In this document: positions 34,450 to 38,375 of the stretch, piece after piece
Position numbering within the stretch: position 1 is the stretch's first letter
Layout of the letters: every line of letters starts with the position of its first letter
Source: Eubacteriales bacterium
Lineage (GTDB): Bacteria > Bacillota > Clostridia > Oscillospirales > CAG-272
Direction of reading: 5' to 3'
DNA length: 38,375 nt
Assembly (NCBI GenBank): GCA_045653865.1
Contig: JAZOMJ010000173.1
Coordinates: 1-38,375, forward strand
Made by a program: the position numbers and the translations under genes
Notes under the pieces: generated by a model
Database searches by the model: none
Told to the model about the DNA's origin: nothing
What the model saw: the letters and a program-made list of their open reading frames with translations, nothing else

Positions 34450-35373
34450 TTATTTGCCTGCGGTCATCTTTGCGATTTCGTCTGCAAAGTTCTCTTCCTT
34501 CTTTTGGATGCCTTCGCCCTTTTCGAAGCGATAGAAATCAACGATCTTAATGTCGCCGCCCATTTCCTTAGCAGCAGCTGCTACGTATTGGCAAACCTTC
34601 ATTTCGTCGTCCTTAACGTAGGTCATATCGAGCAAGCAGTTGTTGTCGTAGAACTTGGAGATACGGCCTTCAACCATCTTGAGTTTGATTTGCTCAGGCT
34701 TCTTTGCGTTTGCAGGGTCGTTAGCGATTTGAGCGAGCAGAATGTTCTTCTCTTCTTCGAGAACGGATGCGGGAACGGTCTCACGAGAGAGATAAGGAGT
34801 GGGATATGCGCCGATTTGCAGAGCGATGTTCTTTGCGAATGCAGCGAAATCTGCGTGATCTGCAACGTTGGTTTCGAACTTAGCGATAACACCGATAGAG
34901 CCGGTACCGTGAATGTAGGTGCTGGTGATACCATCAACGATTACGAAACGACGGATGGTGAGCTTTTCACCGATCTTGAAGATCATTTCCTTAATCTTAG
35001 CTTCAACAGTCATCTCTGCATCATATTGGCAAGCCATGAGAGCATCGATGTCTGCAGGCTTTTGAGCGATGATGAGAGCGAGGAGCTCGTTTACAAACTC
35101 TTTGAAAGTTTCGTTCTTAGCAACGAAGTCAGTTTCGGAGTTAACTTCGATCATAGCGGTTACGTTGCCTTCTTTAGCGATAGCAACAACACCGTCAGCT
35201 GCGATTCTGGTAGCCATCTTGGACTCAGCCTTAAGCTCACCCTTCTCACGAAGGATCTTAATAGCAGCGTCGAGATCGCCATCTGCTTCAACGAGTGCCT
35301 TCTTGCACTCCATCATACCAATACCTGTTCTCTTACGGAGTTCAGCTACGTCTTTTGCTGTAATATTTGCCAT
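34450..35373 (-). CDS. tsf: Translation elongation factor Ts
   Basis: MANITAKDVAELRKRTGIGMMECKKALVEADGDLDAAIKILREKG is the EF-Ts UBA-like N-terminus. Start set at ATG 35373, 7 nt after GGAGGA. Confidence 0.93.
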   Translation of the reverse strand: MANITAKDVAELRKRTGIGMMECKKALVEADGDLDAAIKILREKGELKAESKMATRIAADGVVAIAKEGNVTAMIEVNSETDFVAKNETFKEFVNELLALIIAQKPADIDALMACQYDAEMTVEAKIKEMIFKIGEKLTIRRFVIVDGITSTYIHGTGSIGVIAKFETNVADHADFAAFAKNIALQIGAYPTPYLSRETVPASVLEEEKNILLAQIANDPANAKKPEQIKLKMVEGRISKFYDNNCLLDMTYVKDDEMKVCQYVAAAAKEMGGDIKIVDFYRFEKGEGIQKKEENFADEIAKMTAGK

Positions 35374-35402
35374 TTTTTTATCCTCCAAAAGTAGTAAATG
35401 AA

Positions 35403-36131
35403 TTACTCTGCGTCTGCAGTTGCGGGAGCTTCTTCGGTAGCGGTCTCTTCGCCTTGCTTGCCTTCGATGATAGCATCAGCGAGTGCGGAGGAGATGAGCT
35501 TGATAGCGCGGATAGCGTCATCGTTACCGGGAATTACGTAGTCAGCGTCATCGGGATCACAGTTGGTGTCAACGATAGCGATAACCGGAATGCCAAGCTT
35601 CTTAGCTTCGAGAACTGCGTTTCTTTCCTTCTTGGGGTCAACAATGAATACTGCATCGGGAAGCTTTTCCATGGTCTTGATACCGCCGTAGCTCTTTTCA
35701 AGGTCAAAGATTTCCTTTTGCATGCTTGCAACTTCCTTCTTGGGAAGCAGATCGAATGTGCCATCTTCTTGCATTTTGTAAAGATCGTTGAGACGACGAA
35801 TGGATCTCTTAATGGTCTTGAAGTTGGTCATCATACCGCCGGGCCAACGTACGTTTACATAGTACATACCGCAACGGTTAGCTTCTTCCTTGATAGCCTC
35901 AGCAGCTTGCTTCTTGGTACCAACGAACAAGAGAGTGCCATTGTTTTCGGAGAGCTCACGAACAAAGTTGTAAGCTTCTTCAAACTTCTTAACGGTCTTC
36001 TGGAGGTCAATGATATAAATACCATTTCTCTCGGTGAAGATGTACTCCTGCATTTTGGGGTTCCATCTTCTGGTGTGGTGTCCAAAGTGAACACCTGCTT
36101 CAAGCAGTTGCTTAATAGAAATAACAGACAT
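35403..36131 (-). CDS. rpsB: 30S ribosomal protein S2
   Basis: [46 protein letters not shown]. Start set at ATG 36131 after AAGGAGG. Confidence 0.93.
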   Translation of the reverse strand: MSVISIKQLLEAGVHFGHHTRRWNPKMQEYIFTERNGIYIIDLQKTVKKFEEAYNFVRELSENNGTLLFVGTKKQAAEAIKEEANRCGMYYVNVRWPGGMMTNFKTIKRSIRRLNDLYKMQEDGTFDLLPKKEVASMQKEIFDLEKSYGGIKTMEKLPDAVFIVDPKKERNAVLEAKKLGIPVIAIVDTNCDPDDADYVIPGNDDAIRAIKLISSALADAIIEGKQGEETATEEAPATADAE

Positions 36132-36256
36132 TTTTATGTCCTCCTTCGGTTTTTTCCACCATCGCGACGCAGTTGCCAAAACCGCTTTGCGGCACCGATG
36201 CAACGCTCGTCCGATGTGTGTATTATTTTAGCCGTGCTTTTTGCACAAGCGAAAAT

Positions 36257-36285
36257 ATTATAACATATATTATATATATTTGCAA
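36257..36285 (-). promoter_or_regulatory. SigmaA consensus promoter for rpsB-tsf
   Basis: On the minus strand: TTGCAA (rc 36280-36285), 17-nt spacer, TATAAT (rc 36257-36262). Confidence 0.6.
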
Positions 36286-36319
36286 GTATTTTTTTGCTTG
36301 TTTACAGTTTTTTTACAAT

Positions 36320-36613
36320 TCAGAGGTGAAATCCCCTCTTTTTAGGGCGTGGACAAAGGCAACAGGAAAGGTCTGATTGGGAAAGGCGCACCAAAATAGT
36401 ATCCTCACCAAAACATTCTACCTTATGCCAAGGAATGATGATATCATCCTCGCGGCACATTCCAAAAAGCCCATCGCTACCGGCAATCACAAGTGCCAAA
36501 ATTTTGGCATCCTCGCAATCAAATTCAAAATCGGTAGCACAGCCAAGCCGTGCCCCATCGCACAAATTGATAATCTCCAATTTGCGCAAATCTCGGGTAC
36601 TGCATCGTCTCAT
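36320..36613 (-). CDS. YlmC/YmxH-family sporulation protein (PRC-barrel)
   Basis: DLRKLEIINLCDGARLGCATDFEFDCEDAKILALVIAG...IIPWHKVECFGEDTILV matches the YlmC/YmxH pattern (EIINxxDGxRLGxxxDxxxDxxxGxIxxLIxPG...IPWxxIxxIGxDxI). Confidence 0.7.
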   Translation of the reverse strand: MRRCSTRDLRKLEIINLCDGARLGCATDFEFDCEDAKILALVIAGSDGLFGMCREDDIIIPWHKVECFGEDTILVRLSQSDLSCCLCPRPKKRGFHL

Positions 36614-36773
36614 GGCAACAATCTCTCCTTACAAAAACATTCTACTGCATTGTATGCAAAGAGATAAGATTTTTTGGCTGTCCATTAAAAAAAGAAAAAG
36701 ATTAAGTTGTTTTCTATATAAAAACCAGAACGAGCCGCCCGTGGAATATCCGCAGGCGGCATATTTTGAAATC

Positions 36774-38375
36774 TTACATACAAATCACGTTGATTTGACC
36801 TTGCTCAACCACTACCTTTGCCACACTGTATTTATGTGTGTAGTCGGCAATGATCTTTTCGGCAAGGCGGTCTTCAACCTCTTTTTGAATATAACGGCGC
36901 ATATTGCGCGCTCCGAATTTGCGTGAGAAAGACTCGTTTGCAATGAGCTCCAACGCTTGCTCGGTGTAAGAAAGCGAAATGGATTTTTCGGCAAGAGAGG
37001 TTTGGAGTTCCTCGAGCATAATGCGTGCAATGCTGACAAAATCGTTCTCATCCAATTGACGGAAGGTGATAATTTCATCCACGCGGTTGATAAATTCGGG
37101 ACGCAAGAAGCCCTCGAGTGCCTTTTGTGTTTTGCTCTCTGCTACGGTTTGCTCGCTCATAGCAAAGCCTGCCGTAGCACCTGTGCGGTCGGAGCCTGCA
37201 TTTGTAGTCATAACGATTACGGTGTTTTCAAAATTCACCGTTTTGCCACGTGCATCAGTGATGCGACCGTCATCGAGAATTTGCAACAGAATATTGAGCA
37301 CATCGGGATGCGCTTTTTCAATTTCATCAAAGAGAACGATGGAATAAGGACGGCGGCGAATTTTTTCGGTCAGCTGCCCTGCTTCATCATATCCTACGTA
37401 TCCGGGAGGGGCTCCGATAATGCGAGAAACGCTGTGTTTTTCCATAAACTCGGACATATCAAGACGAATCAGTGTTTCGGGAGAATGGAAAAGCTCGTTT
37501 GCCAGTGTTTTAACAAGCTCGGTTTTACCAACGCCGGTAGGTCCTGCAAAAATGAAGGAAACCGGCTTTCTCTTATAGGCAATTCCCGCACGGTGGCGCT
37601 TGATTGCCTTGGAAACTGCCGCAACAGCGGTATCCTGACCTACGATATGCTCCTTTAGACGGCTCTCAAGGCGGTCGATTTGTGCAAACTCGTTTTCGGT
37701 GATGCTTGTAGCGGGAACGCCTGTCCAAAGTTCAATTACGTTTGCAATCTCTTCTTCGGTCAAGGTTACCGTTTGAGTTTCGGGTTCAATTTGGGACAAA
37801 CGCTCTGAAAGCTTGAGTTCCTCTGCACGCACGTTTGCAATCTCTTCATAGCGGCTTTGTTCTACAGAATCGTTGCCTGCAATTTCATTTTCAAGCGCTT
37901 CCCTCTTTTGTTTGAGGTCAAGCAAGCGGTCGCGAATGCGATAGGATTCGTTGATAACCGCGGAAGAAAGCGAGAGTGCCGATGCGGCTTCGTCCAAAAG
38001 GTCGATCGCTTTATCGGGCAAATAACGGTCGGTGATATAGCGTTCGGAAAGAACAACCGCACGGCGTAATACGTAGTCGGGTACAATAACGCCATGGAAT
38101 TCTTCGTAGTAATGCTTAATACCCGCAAGCATTTCCATCGTTTCTTCAACCGAAGGTTCGTTAACGGTTACAGGTTGGAAGCGACGCTCGAGAGCGGAAT
38201 CTTTTTCGATATATTTGCGATACTCCTGCAAGGTGGTGGCGCCAATCACCTGGATCTCGCCGCGCGAAAGCGCAGGCTTAAGAATGTTCGCCGCGTTCAT
38301 GCTTCCCTCGGCATCACCCGCACCCACGATGTTGTGCACCTCGTCGATGACCAGAATGACGTTCCCCGCCGCCTT
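36774..38375 (-). CDS. Second Clp/Hsp100 AAA+ ATPase (ClpC/ClpE-like), 5'-truncated by the right window edge
   Basis: The frame continues past the track start: the reverse complement of 38340-38375 reads [14 protein letters not shown] (Walker B of NBD1). It also has a short UVR-like M-domain, NBD2 Walker A GPTGVGKT, sensor motifs and an AGF loop. The N-terminal domain type cannot be determined. Confidence 0.85.
   Translation of the reverse strand, partial: KAAGNVILVIDEVHNIVGAGDAEGSMNAANILKPALSRGEIQVIGATTLQEYRKYIEKDSALERRFQPVTVNEPSVEETMEMLAGIKHYYEEFHGVIVPDYVLRRAVVLSERYITDRYLPDKAIDLLDEAASALSLSSAVINESYRIRDRLLDLKQKREALENEIAGNDSVEQSRYEEIANVRAEELKLSERLSQIEPETQTVTLTEEEIANVIELWTGVPATSITENEFAQIDRLESRLKEHIVGQDTAVAAVSKAIKRHRAGIAYKRKPVSFIFAGPTGVGKTELVKTLANELFHSPETLIRLDMSEFMEKHSVSRIIGAPPGYVGYDEAGQLTEKIRRRPYSIVLFDEIEKAHPDVLNILLQILDDGRITDARGKTVNFENTVIVMTTNAGSDRTGATAGFAMSEQTVAESKTQKALEGFLRPEFINRVDEIITFRQLDENDFVSIARIMLEELQTSLAEKSISLSYTEQALELIANESFSRKFGARNMRRYIQKEVEDRLAEKIIADYTHKYSVAKVVVEQGQINVICM

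Noticed and set aside
9124-36203. Upstream TTG/GTG or distant ATG starts used by the ORF track (9124, 10231, 12596, 14821, 14815, 20019, 29145, 33586, 35388, 36203)
   Set aside because: In each case an internal ATG or TTG lies 5-9 nt downstream of a strong GGAGG-type RBS. That internal start yields the N-terminus expected for the family or a proper signal peptide. The extensions overlap promoters, terminators or neighbouring genes.
34408-36263. Plus-strand ORFs 34408..35394 (328 aa) and 35367..36263 (298 aa)
   Set aside because: They are antisense to tsf and rpsB, both of which are unambiguous. Highly expressed genes with biased codon usage commonly leave open antisense frames.
36957-37658. 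Plus-strand ORF of 233 aa inside the second Clp ATPase gene
   Set aside because: It is antisense to a gene with Walker and sensor motifs, and it has no RBS.

Overview
This 38.4-kb window looks like chromosomal DNA from a spore-forming, Gram-positive Clostridia-type bacterium. Supporting signs are AGGAGG-type RBSs, many TGnTATAAT extended -10 promoters, and the genes dpaA-dpaB, a small SpoIVFB-like M50 protease, ylmC/ymxH and mcsA-mcsB-clpC. Most of the window is housekeeping. It includes ssrA (tmRNA), an Fe-alcohol dehydrogenase, an alpha/beta hydrolase, comEC, an acyl carrier protein, trmB, a nitroreductase, truB, dxs, a class IV (D-amino-acid) aminotransferase, tsf, rpsB and a second, 5'-truncated ClpC-like ATPase. 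Between these sit accessory-looking cell-surface genes. They are a trigger-factor-like FKBP lipoprotein, a BspA-type LRR lipoprotein, a 1128-aa BNR/Asp-box propeller protein, an orphan 736-aa lipoprotein, a collagen-repeat plus LRR lipoprotein, a GH73-like wall hydrolase and a small Cys/His lipoprotein. I found no transposases, integrases, CRISPR arrays, tRNAs or rRNAs. Several track ORFs are over-extended at TTG/GTG starts; I re-set those starts using RBS positions. One real gene (1..706, minus strand) is missing from the track because it runs off the window edge. The most unusual signals are non-coding or modular: (i) a promoter-proximal 17-bp perfect inverted repeat plus a terminator-like hairpin in the ~255-nt leader of the collagen/LRR lipoprotein gene, which could be an inverton or a riboswitch; (ii) an array of variable palindromes joined by fixed GAA/TTC linkers just 3' of ssrA; (iii) Cys/His-rich modules shared by four unlinked lipoproteins. 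No database search was possible, so all family names come from motif recognition only.
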